This document shows, one piece after another, positions 9,043-18,140 of a DNA stretch of 64,000 nucleotides. A program made the position numbers and the translations under genes. The notes below the pieces were generated by a model that saw only the letters and a list, made by a program, of their open reading frames with translations, searched no databases and had not been told where the DNA came from. This DNA comes from Bacteroidia bacterium (GTDB lineage: Bacteria; Bacteroidota; Bacteroidia; B-17B0; Aurantibacillaceae), in assembly GCA_044229885.1 (NCBI GenBank), contig JBGASD010000004.1, positions 475,650 through 539,649 of the forward strand. The letters run 5' to 3'. Every line of letters starts with the position of its first letter. The first letter of the stretch is position 1.

Positions 9043-9711
9043 TTAGGCAACCTGTTGTAACTCTGTAAAAATATTCTTCACCACCTGTGCAATGCTTGAA
9101 ATGATCATTTGCACCCCAATACCAATAACTAAAAAGCCCATGATCTTTGAAAGTGAAGTTAAACCTGCTTGTCCGGCATACTTCATTAACCTAGGTGCAA
9201 ATTTAAAAATGAAATAAATAGAAAAAGAAACAATTATAATAGCCGCAATAGCCAAAATATCCTGTCCTATGGCTTTATGCCAATCATCCGGTCTGCTAGC
9301 ATACAAAGTAATTAAAAAAGACATTGAGCCTGGTCCGGCCAACAAAGGCATAGCAAGAGGTGAGAAGGAGATATCATCCTTTTTTTCACTTTCTTCTTGT
9401 AGTTTTCCTGCCGATATTTCTTTTTTATGGGTTACATTCAATAATTGCCAGCCCGAACGAAAAATTACCAATCCACCGGCCACACGTAACGCCGGAATAG
9501 TGATGCCGAAAAAATTTAAAAGGTAAACACCAATAAAATAGGATACAACGCAAATAATAAAAATGTATAGACAGGTTTTTTTAAGTGTTTTTAGTTTATT
9601 GTCTTCGCTCATATCTGATGTAAGACTTATAAACACGGGCAAGCCACCTAAAGGATTAATAAGCGAGAAAAGACCTACTAATATGGTTAAGAAAACAGAT
9701 GTTTCAAACAT
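9043..9711 (-). CDS. MarC family (UPF0056) integral membrane protein
   Basis: 222-aa ORF. The N-terminal INPLGGLPVFISLT motif and six hydrophobic segments are typical of MarC/YhgN proteins. Confidence 0.8.
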   Translation of the reverse strand: MFETSVFLTILVGLFSLINPLGGLPVFISLTSDMSEDNKLKTLKKTCLYIFIICVVSYFIGVYLLNFFGITIPALRVAGGLVIFRSGWQLLNVTHKKEISAGKLQEESEKKDDISFSPLAMPLLAGPGSMSFLITLYASRPDDWHKAIGQDILAIAAIIIVSFSIYFIFKFAPRLMKYAGQAGLTSLSKIMGFLVIGIGVQMIISSIAQVVKNIFTELQQVA

Positions 9712-9773
9712 GGCGCAAAATTACAATTATTTTGAGGATAGTATCGTTAATAAAATACAAACAAATAAAACCT

Positions 9774-9781
9774 TATTTTTG
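9774..9781 (+). promoter_or_regulatory. Bacteroidota primary-sigma -7 box TATTTTTG (TAnnTTTG) upstream of cdsA
   Basis: Exact match to TAnnTTTG, 19 nt upstream of the ATG at 9801. No well-spaced -33 TTTG seen. Confidence 0.35.
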
Positions 9782-9800
9782 TTGATGTAAATAAATCTTT

Positions 9801-10667
9801 ATGGCTTTAAACTTAAAAACACTGGCTACCCGAAGTATGAGCGCTGCAGTATTTGTTGTATTGTTGGTTGGCTGTGTTTACTGGAGTTATCTCTCATTTA
9901 CACTTTTCTTTTTTGCTGTTTCAATGATAGGTTTATATGAGTTTTATAAGATCTCAGAAAAGATGGGAGCAAAGCCTGCAAAGCTGTTTGGTTATTTGAC
10001 GGCTATCTTTGTATATATCAGTGTGCTTAAATTAGATGGGTTGATATCAGATCCCTCAACAATAATAATTCTTCAGAATACTTTACAACCTCTTTTATCA
10101 TTGATCATAGTTGCTCCTTTTATAATTTTTGCCATTACACTTTTTATGAGAAAAGAAAATGCAATTCAAAGCGCTATTTACACAATGGGAGGCATTTTAT
10201 ATACTGTTTTACCATTTGCACTGTTAAATCAAACAGTAATGTACGAACCAGATTGTCAGGGATCGTATTTTGAACCACAATTAATTCTTGGAGTCATTTT
10301 TTTAATTTGGAGCAACGATACCTTTGCTTATTTAGGAGGAAGCTTATTTGGAAAAAATAAAATGATAGAGCGTGTATCTCCCGGTAAAACCTGGGAAGGA
10401 ACAATTATAGGAGTTTTAATAACTTTTGGCTTAAGCTTTTTATTTAATAAACTGATCTATGATCTTCATGATAATACCTGGATAGTGCTTGGAATTCTTG
10501 TGCCAATACTTGCAACCGTTGGTGATCTTGTAGAAAGTAAATTAAAACGCGAAGCTGGTGTAAAAGACAGTGGCAGCATTATGCCGGGACACGGAGGTGT
10601 ATTAGACCGCTTTGACAGTCTTATTTTTGTGTCGCCTTTTGTATTTGTATTATTTAAGCTGCTTTAA
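9801..10667 (+). CDS. cdsA: Phosphatidate cytidylyltransferase
   Basis: 288 aa. SNDTFAYLGGSLFGKNKMIERVSPGKTWEG and GDLVESKLKREAGVKDSGSIMPGHGGVLDRFDS are the CdsA signature regions. Confidence 0.9.
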   Translation: MALNLKTLATRSMSAAVFVVLLVGCVYWSYLSFTLFFFAVSMIGLYEFYKISEKMGAKPAKLFGYLTAIFVYISVLKLDGLISDPSTIIILQNTLQPLLSLIIVAPFIIFAITLFMRKENAIQSAIYTMGGILYTVLPFALLNQTVMYEPDCQGSYFEPQLILGVIFLIWSNDTFAYLGGSLFGKNKMIERVSPGKTWEGTIIGVLITFGLSFLFNKLIYDLHDNTWIVLGILVPILATVGDLVESKLKREAGVKDSGSIMPGHGGVLDRFDSLIFVSPFVFVLFKLL

Positions 10668-10951
10668 AGCTTTACCGAATGAACGCGGTGTATAGGAATA
10701 ACAACACCTTGTTTTAAAATAACCCTTTTATCGGTTACACCCCAAACTGTTGTTTCAACTACTTTACAGGATGTATCATCCTCAAAATAAATTTTAATTT
10801 TTGTATGCTCTCTGTTGCCTAATGTTAAAGCGCGATTAAGCTCGGCTTGTCTCTCATTTATTTGTTCGGTACTACTTAAAACTTCTGTCGAAGGGAACTT
10901 TAAATTTTCTATCTGTTCTTTTTCAATCAATTGAAATTCTGTTGCCACCAT
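10664..10951 (-). CDS. Hypothetical small soluble protein
   Basis: 95-aa ORF with no recognised motif. Its stop overlaps the cdsA stop within TTTAAA. Confidence 0.4.
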   Translation of the reverse strand: MVATEFQLIEKEQIENLKFPSTEVLSSTEQINERQAELNRALTLGNREHTKIKIYFEDDTSCKVVETTVWGVTDKRVILKQGVVIPIHRVHSVKL

Positions 10952-11027
10952 TGTTTAAAATTATTAAAGGGTTAATAAATGAGATAACATAATATAAAAC
11001 GTAATAGAATTTAAAAGGTTGCAGTTG

Positions 11028-11567
11028 TTAATTATTTATTTGCTTTTTAAGTACTTTAAATAATTCAGGGGTTTTTTGGCTGCCAATTCTATATGTAAAT
11101 CCATCATTATCAACAAGTTCTATAAATTCCTCGCCGCTGGTATAAAAACGTATAACCCCCTTGTTATGAAGGTTATAAACAGCCCGTCTCAACATATTTT
11201 TCTTATAACGGCTCCTTCTTATCGAAACAATGTTCTTTAGGTCTATTTTCACTTTCCTGGCTGTCCAAAAGCCATCCAATATTAAAAAGCCGTTATAAAC
11301 CGTTGTTTGAATATGTAACACATACGTTAAGCCGGTTGAAAAAACCAAAATACAAATACCAATAATAAAAAAAATGAGGCCGGATTCGTTTATGTTTTCA
11401 ATAGGATATGAACCAATTTTGAAAATAGATACCTGCACAGGTTTGGGATTTTCGCTCCAGTAATAGGCAACAAAACAAAATAGGGTAAGCAACGAACGAA
11501 TAACAATACTTAGGCGGTTGTGGCCCATGTATTGTTTTTCTTCAAATAATATTTCGTTCTTATTCAA
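11028..11567 (-). CDS. Membrane protein with a possible PH-like C-terminal domain, function unknown
   Basis: 179-aa ORF. Two TM segments are followed by a basic soluble domain. The TTG start overlaps the tilS stop by 8 nt (TTGAATAA). Confidence 0.4.
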   Translation of the reverse strand: MNKNEILFEEKQYMGHNRLSIVIRSLLTLFCFVAYYWSENPKPVQVSIFKIGSYPIENINESGLIFFIIGICILVFSTGLTYVLHIQTTVYNGFLILDGFWTARKVKIDLKNIVSIRRSRYKKNMLRRAVYNLHNKGVIRFYTSGEEFIELVDNDGFTYRIGSQKTPELFKVLKKQINN

Positions 11568-12879
11568 TTATTGTAAATTTTAAAAGCTTGTTTTCTTTAC
11601 CTGTAACTCTATATCGGTCATCACTCCTATAGCCAATTACCCAAATAATTTCACTATTCCCATTCTCTAAAATAAGGCATTTTTCTTTTTCAAAGGCATT
11701 TAGCTTTTGATCTTTTAAGAAATCACTTATCAGTTTAAAGCCTTTCATACCAAAGGGACGAAACTTATCTCCCGTTTTTTTAGCACGTATGTTTAAAGGA
11801 AAAACCAATTTATTTTTTTCTATAATAAGCTCATTGTTATTTGTACGCTCAAATTTGCTTAGCTCTTTTAGTTTTAATTGAGCAGATGCTTTTAATTCTT
11901 CAAATGAACGGATAGTAACAGCTTCAGGATTTTGATTAACACCGGGTTTAATAAAAATAAAATCCCTGTCAATGGTCAATGTAAAATTAGAAGCGAAAAA
12001 TAATTTCCCAACTTCACCTTTTGAAGTAATATTGGTTTTAATATCATTTACCTGCGAAGCACTAAAGCCAAAGGTTTCGAGTATATAATGTAAAATAATG
12101 CTTAGGTGTTTTTCTTTTTTTAGTTTGTACTTATCAATTAAAACCTGCTCGCCTTTTTCAGAGATAAGTTGTTTTGTTTTTTCTGCTAAAAAGTCGTTTA
12201 CAATTTCAGCTTCCGCTTTAAAATTAGAAATGTTGTTTAAGAAAGTTTGTTCAAGCGCAGGATGCAATTTTTTTAATTTCGGAATAATCTCCAATCGCAA
12301 AAAATTACGCTCGTATTTATCTTCCAGATTACTTTTATCTAACCTGAATTTGATCTTCTCTTTTTTAGCAAACGAATTGATCTCCTCTTTTGTAAAATTT
12401 AAAAGTGGTCGCACAATATTTCCCGTTTTTTCAGGAATGCCCTTTAAGCCTTTAATACCGGTACCTCGACAAAGATTAATAAAAAGCGTTTCAATTACAT
12501 CGTTTGCATGATGCGCTGTAATTAAATAATTGAATTTATTTTTTGTAATCAGCTCGTTAAACCAGGTATACCTTAGTTCACGGGCTGCCATTTGTATGCT
12601 AACTTTGTTTGTTTTACTGTAAGTTTTTGTATCAAAACGCTCACAATAAAATTTTACGCCTAATTGCTTCGCAAGATCTTTGCAAAAAAATTCATCTGCT
12701 TTACTGTCTTTACCTCTTAAATTAAAATTACAATGTGCTAAAACAAATTTAAAACCAACACTTTTAAGCAAATGTGCCAGTACAACTGAATCAATACCGC
12801 CACTTATGGCCAATAGCAAAGAATCTTTCTTGCTAAAAAGTTGATTTTTAAGTATGTTTGATTCGAATTTTTTTTGCAC
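11560..12879 (-). CDS. tilS: tRNA(Ile)-lysidine synthetase
   Basis: PP-loop LLLAISGGIDSVVLAHLL followed by the TilS core. The ORF extends to an ATG at 12948, which would overlap the divergent gene. The GTG at 12879 gives a typical N-terminus (QKKFESNILKNQLF...SGGIDS). Confidence 0.85.
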   Translation of the reverse strand: MQKKFESNILKNQLFSKKDSLLLAISGGIDSVVLAHLLKSVGFKFVLAHCNFNLRGKDSKADEFFCKDLAKQLGVKFYCERFDTKTYSKTNKVSIQMAARELRYTWFNELITKNKFNYLITAHHANDVIETLFINLCRGTGIKGLKGIPEKTGNIVRPLLNFTKEEINSFAKKEKIKFRLDKSNLEDKYERNFLRLEIIPKLKKLHPALEQTFLNNISNFKAEAEIVNDFLAEKTKQLISEKGEQVLIDKYKLKKEKHLSIILHYILETFGFSASQVNDIKTNITSKGEVGKLFFASNFTLTIDRDFIFIKPGVNQNPEAVTIRSFEELKASAQLKLKELSKFERTNNNELIIEKNKLVFPLNIRAKKTGDKFRPFGMKGFKLISDFLKDQKLNAFEKEKCLILENGNSEIIWVIGYRSDDRYRVTGKENKLLKFTIIE

Positions 12880-12895
12880 GGTTAAAGGTAATAAA

Positions 12896-13504
12896 ATGGC
12901 AGCAACAAAGCACGTAGCAGATGCATCTTTAAAAATAACCGAATACATTGATACTTTGCCCGATTGGAGCCAAAAGATCTGTAAAAAGCTGCGTACTATT
13001 ATCTTAAAAACCGACTCAAAGTTGATAGAAGACTGGAAATGGGGCCCAAATTATTACCTTGATGGAATGGTTTGCGGCTTTGCGGGCTTTCAAAAACATG
13101 TTAATTTTGTTTTTTTTAAGGGTACTCTTTTAAAAGATAAACGAAAGCTTTTGCATTTAAATGAGGGCAGCATAAATACACGCAATTTTAAGTTTAAAGA
13201 TGTAAAGGAAATTGATGAGGATATTATTTTAGAATATGTTATTGAAGCAATTGACCTGAACAAAGAGGGTAAAAAAATTTTTGTTCCCAAAAACAGAACG
13301 GTTGAAGTAGCAAAAGATATTAAAAAAGAATTTAAGCTGGCCGGTGTTTTAAAATATTTTGAGAGTATGGCCTATTCTCACAAAAATGAATATGTACGCT
13401 GGATAGAAAGTGCTAAACGTGAAGAAACCCGTAAAAGCAGGATCGAGAAAGCCGTAGTAATGATCGGCAAAAAAGAAACCATGATGACTAAGTATAAAAA
13501 ATGA
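12896..13504 (+). CDS. DUF1801 (YdhG-like) plus YdeI/OmpD-associated domain protein
   Basis: The ORF opens at 12854. The ATG at 12896 (MAATKHVADASLKITEYIDTLPDW) fits DUF1801 N-termini. The C-terminal YSHKNEYVRWIESAKREETRKSRIEKAV is YdeI-like. Confidence 0.65.
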   Translation: MAATKHVADASLKITEYIDTLPDWSQKICKKLRTIILKTDSKLIEDWKWGPNYYLDGMVCGFAGFQKHVNFVFFKGTLLKDKRKLLHLNEGSINTRNFKFKDVKEIDEDIILEYVIEAIDLNKEGKKIFVPKNRTVEVAKDIKKEFKLAGVLKYFESMAYSHKNEYVRWIESAKREETRKSRIEKAVVMIGKKETMMTKYKK

Positions 13505-13535
13505 TAAACTTTTTATACATATCTTATCTTTTAAA

Positions 13536-13543
13536 TAAATTTG
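13536..13543 (+). promoter_or_regulatory. -7 box TAAATTTG (TAnnTTTG) upstream of kmo
   Basis: Exact consensus match, 20 nt upstream of the ATG at 13564. Confidence 0.35.
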
Positions 13544-13563
13544 AAACAAATTAAATAATTAAA

Positions 13564-14907
13564 ATGAGCAAAAGTGTTACTATAGTTGGCGCAGGTTTGG
13601 TAGGATCTTTATTATCTATTTACCTTGCTAAAAAAGGATATAAGATAAATATTTTTGAACGCAGACCCGATATGCGTACAACGGATATCTCTGCAGGTAA
13701 ATCCATTAACCTTGCTTTGAGCGACCGTGGCTGGAGAGGTTTGGAAGGAGTGGGCATTGCCGATGAAATTAAAAAAATTGCTATCCCTATGTATGGCCGC
13801 CAGATCCATAATAAAGACGGTTCATCTGCTTATCAGCCTTACGGTAAGGATAACCAGGCCATTTATTCGGTTTCGCGCGCTGATATTAATATGAAGTTAA
13901 TGGACCTTGCCGAACAGCAGGCTAATGTAAAAATTCATTTTAATAAACGTTGCGCGCATATTGATCGTCAGACTTTAGAATCATCTTTTGAAGATAATAA
14001 TACAAAGAAGATTGAAAATATTAAATCAGACCTATTATTTGGCGCCGATGGAGCCTTTGCTGCATCTCGTTTAAACATGCAATTACAAAACGATAGGTTT
14101 GAATACAATCAACATTATATTGAAAGCGGATATAAAGAATTAATTATTCCTCCGGGTAAGAATGGTGAATTTTTATTGGAGAAAAATGCTTTACACATTT
14201 GGCCTCGCGGTAGTTTTATGATGATAGCGCTTCCAAATCCTGATGGAAATTTTACCTGCACATTATTTTTGCCGTTTGAAGGAGAAAAATCTTTTGCTAA
14301 TTTAAAAACCAAAGAAGCCGTTAAAAAATTCTTTGATGAAGAATTTGCAAGTGCTGTGCCTTTAATGCCAACATTGTTGGAAGATTTTATGAATAACCCG
14401 GTTTCATCTTTGGTAACAGTAAAATGTTTTCCGTGGACATTTGATAATAAAATTGGTTTGATTGGCGATGCGGCACATGCTATTGTTCCGTTTTACGGCC
14501 AGGGTATGAACTGCGGTTTTGAAGATTGCGTTGTATTAAATGAATTAATTACAAAACATAATGATGATTGGGAAAAGATCTTTCCGGAATATCAAAGCCT
14601 GCGTAAGCCCGATGCTGATGCTATTGCCGATTTAGCAGTTGGTAATTTTATTGAGATGCGCGATAAAACAGCAGACCCGAAATTTTTATTACAGAAAAAG
14701 ATCGAAGCAAAATTCTCACAAAGCTATCCTGATAAATGGATCCCGCTTTATAGCATGGTTACTTACACACCATCTATCCGTTACAGCAAAGCCTTAAGCG
14801 AAGGCCAGAAGCAACAAAAGATAATGGATAAAATTATGGCTATGCAAAACATTGAAAACAATTGGGATTCTAAAGAGGTAGAAGCTGAAATTTTAAAACA
14901 ATTGTAA
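13564..14907 (+). CDS. kmo: Kynurenine 3-monooxygenase (FAD-dependent)
   Basis: 447 aa. Has the N-terminal Rossmann VTIVGAGLVGSLLSIYLAKKGYKINIFERRPD, the GDAAH motif (LIGDAAHAIVPFYGQGMNCGFED) and overall length typical of bacterial KMO. Confidence 0.85.
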   Translation: MSKSVTIVGAGLVGSLLSIYLAKKGYKINIFERRPDMRTTDISAGKSINLALSDRGWRGLEGVGIADEIKKIAIPMYGRQIHNKDGSSAYQPYGKDNQAIYSVSRADINMKLMDLAEQQANVKIHFNKRCAHIDRQTLESSFEDNNTKKIENIKSDLLFGADGAFAASRLNMQLQNDRFEYNQHYIESGYKELIIPPGKNGEFLLEKNALHIWPRGSFMMIALPNPDGNFTCTLFLPFEGEKSFANLKTKEAVKKFFDEEFASAVPLMPTLLEDFMNNPVSSLVTVKCFPWTFDNKIGLIGDAAHAIVPFYGQGMNCGFEDCVVLNELITKHNDDWEKIFPEYQSLRKPDADAIADLAVGNFIEMRDKTADPKFLLQKKIEAKFSQSYPDKWIPLYSMVTYTPSIRYSKALSEGQKQQKIMDKIMAMQNIENNWDSKEVEAEILKQL

Positions 14908-14908
14908 C

Positions 14909-15556
14909 ATGAAATTTGATTACGATTTTATATTCGATAACTCTATGAAACTTTTGGTTTCGTTGGCTTTGGGTGCCTTAATTGGTGCTGAGCGCGAGTA
15001 TAAAGGCCGTAACATTGGTTTTAGAACAATTATTTTAATTACGCTTGGTTCAACTTTATTTACTATTCTTTCTTTTATTTTAGGAAAAGATAATGATGCC
15101 GCGCGTATTGCATCCAACATTGTTACCGGTGTGGGTTTTTTAGGAGCCGGTGCAATTTTCAGAGATGGTTCAAGTGTAAGAGGAATGACCACGGCTTCAT
15201 TGATCTGGATAAGCGCAGCAATAGGTATGGCTTGTGGTATTGCGCAATACGAATTTGCAGTACTGGTAACCTTTGTAACACTGGTAATTTTACTAGGCTT
15301 TACAGGTGTGCAAAAATTTATTGATCGCTATAACCAGGAAAGAGTATATAAAATAATCATTGAGAATAATCTTGAAGTAAAAGCGGAGGTAGAAAAAATA
15401 ATTTTATCCTTTAAATTAAAACATCAATGGTTGCGCCAATCAAAATCCAATAACGATCTGGTAATTGAATACGAAGTAAGAGGAGCAGAGCTTAACCACG
15501 AAGCTTTTATTAATCACTTAAGCTCAAATTCAAGCATAAAACATTTCGATGTTTAG
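14909..15556 (+). CDS. MgtC/SapB family membrane protein
   Basis: 215 aa. GAEREYKGRNIGFRTIILITLGSTLFT and TGVGFLGAGAIF are MgtC-family motifs. A soluble ACT-like tail follows. Confidence 0.8.
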   Translation: MKFDYDFIFDNSMKLLVSLALGALIGAEREYKGRNIGFRTIILITLGSTLFTILSFILGKDNDAARIASNIVTGVGFLGAGAIFRDGSSVRGMTTASLIWISAAIGMACGIAQYEFAVLVTFVTLVILLGFTGVQKFIDRYNQERVYKIIIENNLEVKAEVEKIILSFKLKHQWLRQSKSNNDLVIEYEVRGAELNHEAFINHLSSNSSIKHFDV

Positions 15557-15598
15557 TTTAATTTATTGATTTTCAGCATATTAAAAATAAGACTAGGC

Positions 15599-15633
15599 TG
15601 TAACTTTAAAGGGTTTGACCCGTCTTACTCTTA
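15599..15633 (+). promoter_or_regulatory. ECF-type promoter P1: TGTAACTTT (-35) then CGTCTTACTCTTA (-10), upstream of the ECF sigma gene
   Basis: AAC ends at 15604 and CGTC starts at 15621, a 16-nt spacer. The same 9-nt and 13-nt blocks recur at 18751-18786. Confidence 0.65.
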
Positions 15634-15642
15634 TAAAACAAA

Positions 15643-16128
15643 TTGACTTTAGCAGAATATAATCAATGTGTAGATGACCATGCAGATGGTGTTTACCGTT
15701 TTATTATGAAACAAATTCGTGATAAAGATGCGGCTAAAGATATTGTGCAGGATTCTTTCGAAAAAATGTGGCGTAAGATAGAGAGCATTGATGGCGCAAA
15801 AGCAAAGACCTATTTATTTACAACAGCCTATCATACACTTGTAGATTATACACGTAAAAATTCGAAGAGTGCAAAAATGAACGAGGTTGATCATAATCAG
15901 CATAGCCATACTTCGCAGTATTCTGATCTTAAAGAGATCTTAAATCAAGGCTTACAACAATTACCAGAGATACAAAAAACAGTATTGTTATTAAGAGACT
16001 ATGAAGGTTATGATTATGCCGAAATAGGGGAGATCACACAATTAACAGAAAGCCAGGTAAAGGTTTATATTTTTAGGGCAAGAACTTTTTTAAAGAATTA
16101 TATTGGCAAAATGGAAACAGTTATTTAA
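15643..16128 (+). CDS. ECF (group 4) RNA polymerase sigma factor
   Basis: 161 aa with a TTG start. Region 2 reads DIVQDSFEKMWRK. Region 4 reads LLLRDYEGYDYAEIGEITQLTESQVKVYIFRARTFLK. Confidence 0.85.
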   Translation: MTLAEYNQCVDDHADGVYRFIMKQIRDKDAAKDIVQDSFEKMWRKIESIDGAKAKTYLFTTAYHTLVDYTRKNSKSAKMNEVDHNQHSHTSQYSDLKEILNQGLQQLPEIQKTVLLLRDYEGYDYAEIGEITQLTESQVKVYIFRARTFLKNYIGKMETVI

Positions 16129-17378
16129 TGAGCAACATTAATTTACATAATTATGAAGCATTTTTAATAGATTACCTGGATGGTAATTTAAATGAAGATG
16201 CTGTTGCCGAATTAAAAGCGTTTGTGCTTGCCAACCCCCAATTAGAGATAGATCTGGAAGAGATGGAACTTCCTTCTTTTTCTGATGAAGAACTGAAAGT
16301 TGATTTTAAAAATGATCTAAAAAAAACAGAAGTATTTATTGAGGATGAAGAACTGATCAATTATTTAGAGAATAATTTAAACGAAGCTGAAAGAAAAGCC
16401 TTTGAAATTAAATTATTAACAGATAAAGAATTGGCTTTAAAATTACAGGCTTACAACAAAACAATTTTAAATGCAGAAGCTTTAGTATTTGCTGATAAAG
16501 CTTCTTTGTATAAAAATGAAGATGAGTTGATCTTGAGTAATACTACTTTAGCTTACGTTGAAGGTCAATTATCTGGTAAAGATAAAACGCAATTCGAAAA
16601 CGAATTAAAAACCAATTCTGCTCTTCAAAAAGAATTTACTGCTTATCAAAAAACAAAATTAGTAGCAGATACGGCAATTGTTTTTGAAGATAAACAAGCT
16701 TTAAAGAAAGAGGCAAAAATTATTGCTTTATTTAACTTTAAAACTGTTGCTGCAATTGCCGCTGCTGTATTGTTGATATTTACTTTAAGCTTTGTGTTTA
16801 ATTATTTTAATTCAACACCGGCCACCGAAAATAAAGAGTTGGCAAAAACAGAAAAGAACACTACTAAAACTACAGTTCCTTCTGATTCTAACAGCAATAA
16901 ATTAAATAATACTGTTGTTGTAAACGAAACCTACATTGCAAAAAACACACATGTAATTAAGAAAGATAATTCTGATAAAAAAGAGAAAGAATTAGAGTTG
17001 AATGAAACGATAACAAATTCAATAACTCCAAAAGATGAAAATAAGAATATAGAAAAGGACTTAGAAAAAGAAGCAAAAGAATCTAAGACCATTGCATCTT
17101 ATACTAAAACAGTTATTGATACTGCAAGTAATTCTCTTTTAGCTTCTAATACCGAACAACCAAAATTCTCTAAGAAAAATTATTTGATAACTACCGAAGC
17201 CGATGATGAAGAGCTTGTTGCTTCTGCCGAAACACCTGCTAAAAAAGGATTCTGGCAACGTGCTGTACGCTTGGCAAAGCAAGCAAATAAATGGGGTGTA
17301 AAAGCTATAGATGGCGAAGAAACAGCTAACAAAAACTATGCGCTTTCATTCAATTCATTTAGTGTAGAAAAAAGATAA
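16128..17378 (+). CDS. Putative anti-sigma factor (single-pass membrane protein)
   Basis: The ATG overlaps the sigma stop (TAATG). Has an N-terminal anti-sigma-like helix region (HNYEAFLIDYLDGNL), one TM (VAAIAAAVLLIFTLSFVF) and a K/E/N/T-rich extracytoplasmic tail. Confidence 0.6.
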   Translation: MSNINLHNYEAFLIDYLDGNLNEDAVAELKAFVLANPQLEIDLEEMELPSFSDEELKVDFKNDLKKTEVFIEDEELINYLENNLNEAERKAFEIKLLTDKELALKLQAYNKTILNAEALVFADKASLYKNEDELILSNTTLAYVEGQLSGKDKTQFENELKTNSALQKEFTAYQKTKLVADTAIVFEDKQALKKEAKIIALFNFKTVAAIAAAVLLIFTLSFVFNYFNSTPATENKELAKTEKNTTKTTVPSDSNSNKLNNTVVVNETYIAKNTHVIKKDNSDKKEKELELNETITNSITPKDENKNIEKDLEKEAKESKTIASYTKTVIDTASNSLLASNTEQPKFSKKNYLITTEADDEELVASAETPAKKGFWQRAVRLAKQANKWGVKAIDGEETANKNYALSFNSFSVEKR

Positions 17379-17939
17379 TTAAGACTCTGCTCTTAAATTC
17401 CTTAATTTTTTAAGCTTTTTAAAATGCGATGGTGTTAAACCTGTTGCTTTTTTAAATTGAGATGACATGTGCGAAACATTATTGTATCTTAATTTGTGCG
17501 AGATCTCAGTTAAACTCATATCGCTAAATAAAATAAGTTCTTTTATTTTCTCGGATTTTTTTAAAATAATGTATTGTTCAATTGTTGTTGCTTGTGTTTC
17601 TGAAAAAAGGTTGGACATGTAATTGTAATCATATCCTAATTTTTCTTTAAGGTAAACAGAGAATTTTACCTTTGGCCAACTTTCCGGTTTTTCAAAAAGC
17701 TCATTAATGATGATCTTTATTTTTTCAGTTAAGATTCCTTGTTTATTTTCCTGGATCTCTAAGCCTGATTTTTTTATTGCATTATTAAGTTTCTGTTTCT
17801 TTTCCACGCTTAATTGTTGTTTTATTTCTGCTTCGCCGTATGTTACGTGTATATATGGAACATGAAGCTTTTGAAGTTCAGTTTTTACAACTGTGATGCA
17901 ACTTTCGCAAGCCATATTCTTAATATATATCTTCGTCAT
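17379..17939 (-). CDS. AraC-family transcriptional regulator with an N-terminal HMA-like metal-binding domain
   Basis: 186 aa. The N-terminal IYIKNMACESCITVVKTEL carries an MxCxxC motif. The C-terminal LTEISHKLRYNNVSHMSSQFKKATGLTPSHFKK is an AraC HTH. Confidence 0.7.
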   Translation of the reverse strand: MTKIYIKNMACESCITVVKTELQKLHVPYIHVTYGEAEIKQQLSVEKKQKLNNAIKKSGLEIQENKQGILTEKIKIIINELFEKPESWPKVKFSVYLKEKLGYDYNYMSNLFSETQATTIEQYIILKKSEKIKELILFSDMSLTEISHKLRYNNVSHMSSQFKKATGLTPSHFKKLKKLRNLRAES

Positions 17940-18140
17940 GGGTTAACGGATTTAACAAATGTGAGGAATATTCACAACAATAAATTATAAAATTGCTTTA
18001 AAAAGTTACAAGATTTACGGGTTTGAGTTTTTGTGCAATACAACATTTTTAAAACTTATAAAATTTACTGATTTTAGGATATAAAAATCGGTTTAGTTTT
18101 TAAGCAATAAAATTTTGAGAAGAAAAAAAGTATCGATTTT

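Noticed and set aside
9269-9790. Plus-strand ORFs 9269-9526 and 9563-9790 opposite marC
   Set aside because: They are antisense to a well-supported MarC-family gene. The second would also run through the cdsA promoter region. No motifs found.
17960-17976. Palindrome TGTGA-N7-TCACA upstream of the AraC-HMA gene, reminiscent of a CRP site
   Set aside because: The spacer is 7 nt, not the 6 nt of CRP-type sites, the half-sites are only 5 bp, and I cannot establish from this window that a CRP-type regulator is present. Too weak to call.
18002-18010. Third copy of the -35-like block TGTAACTTT(TT)AAAG on the minus strand upstream of the HMA-AraC gene
   Set aside because: No CGTC -10 element follows at 16-17 nt; the sequence there is TATAAT-like. 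The same 9-mer also occurs by chance inside coding regions (59355-59363 plus strand, 44377-44385 minus strand). The -35 half alone is therefore not informative.
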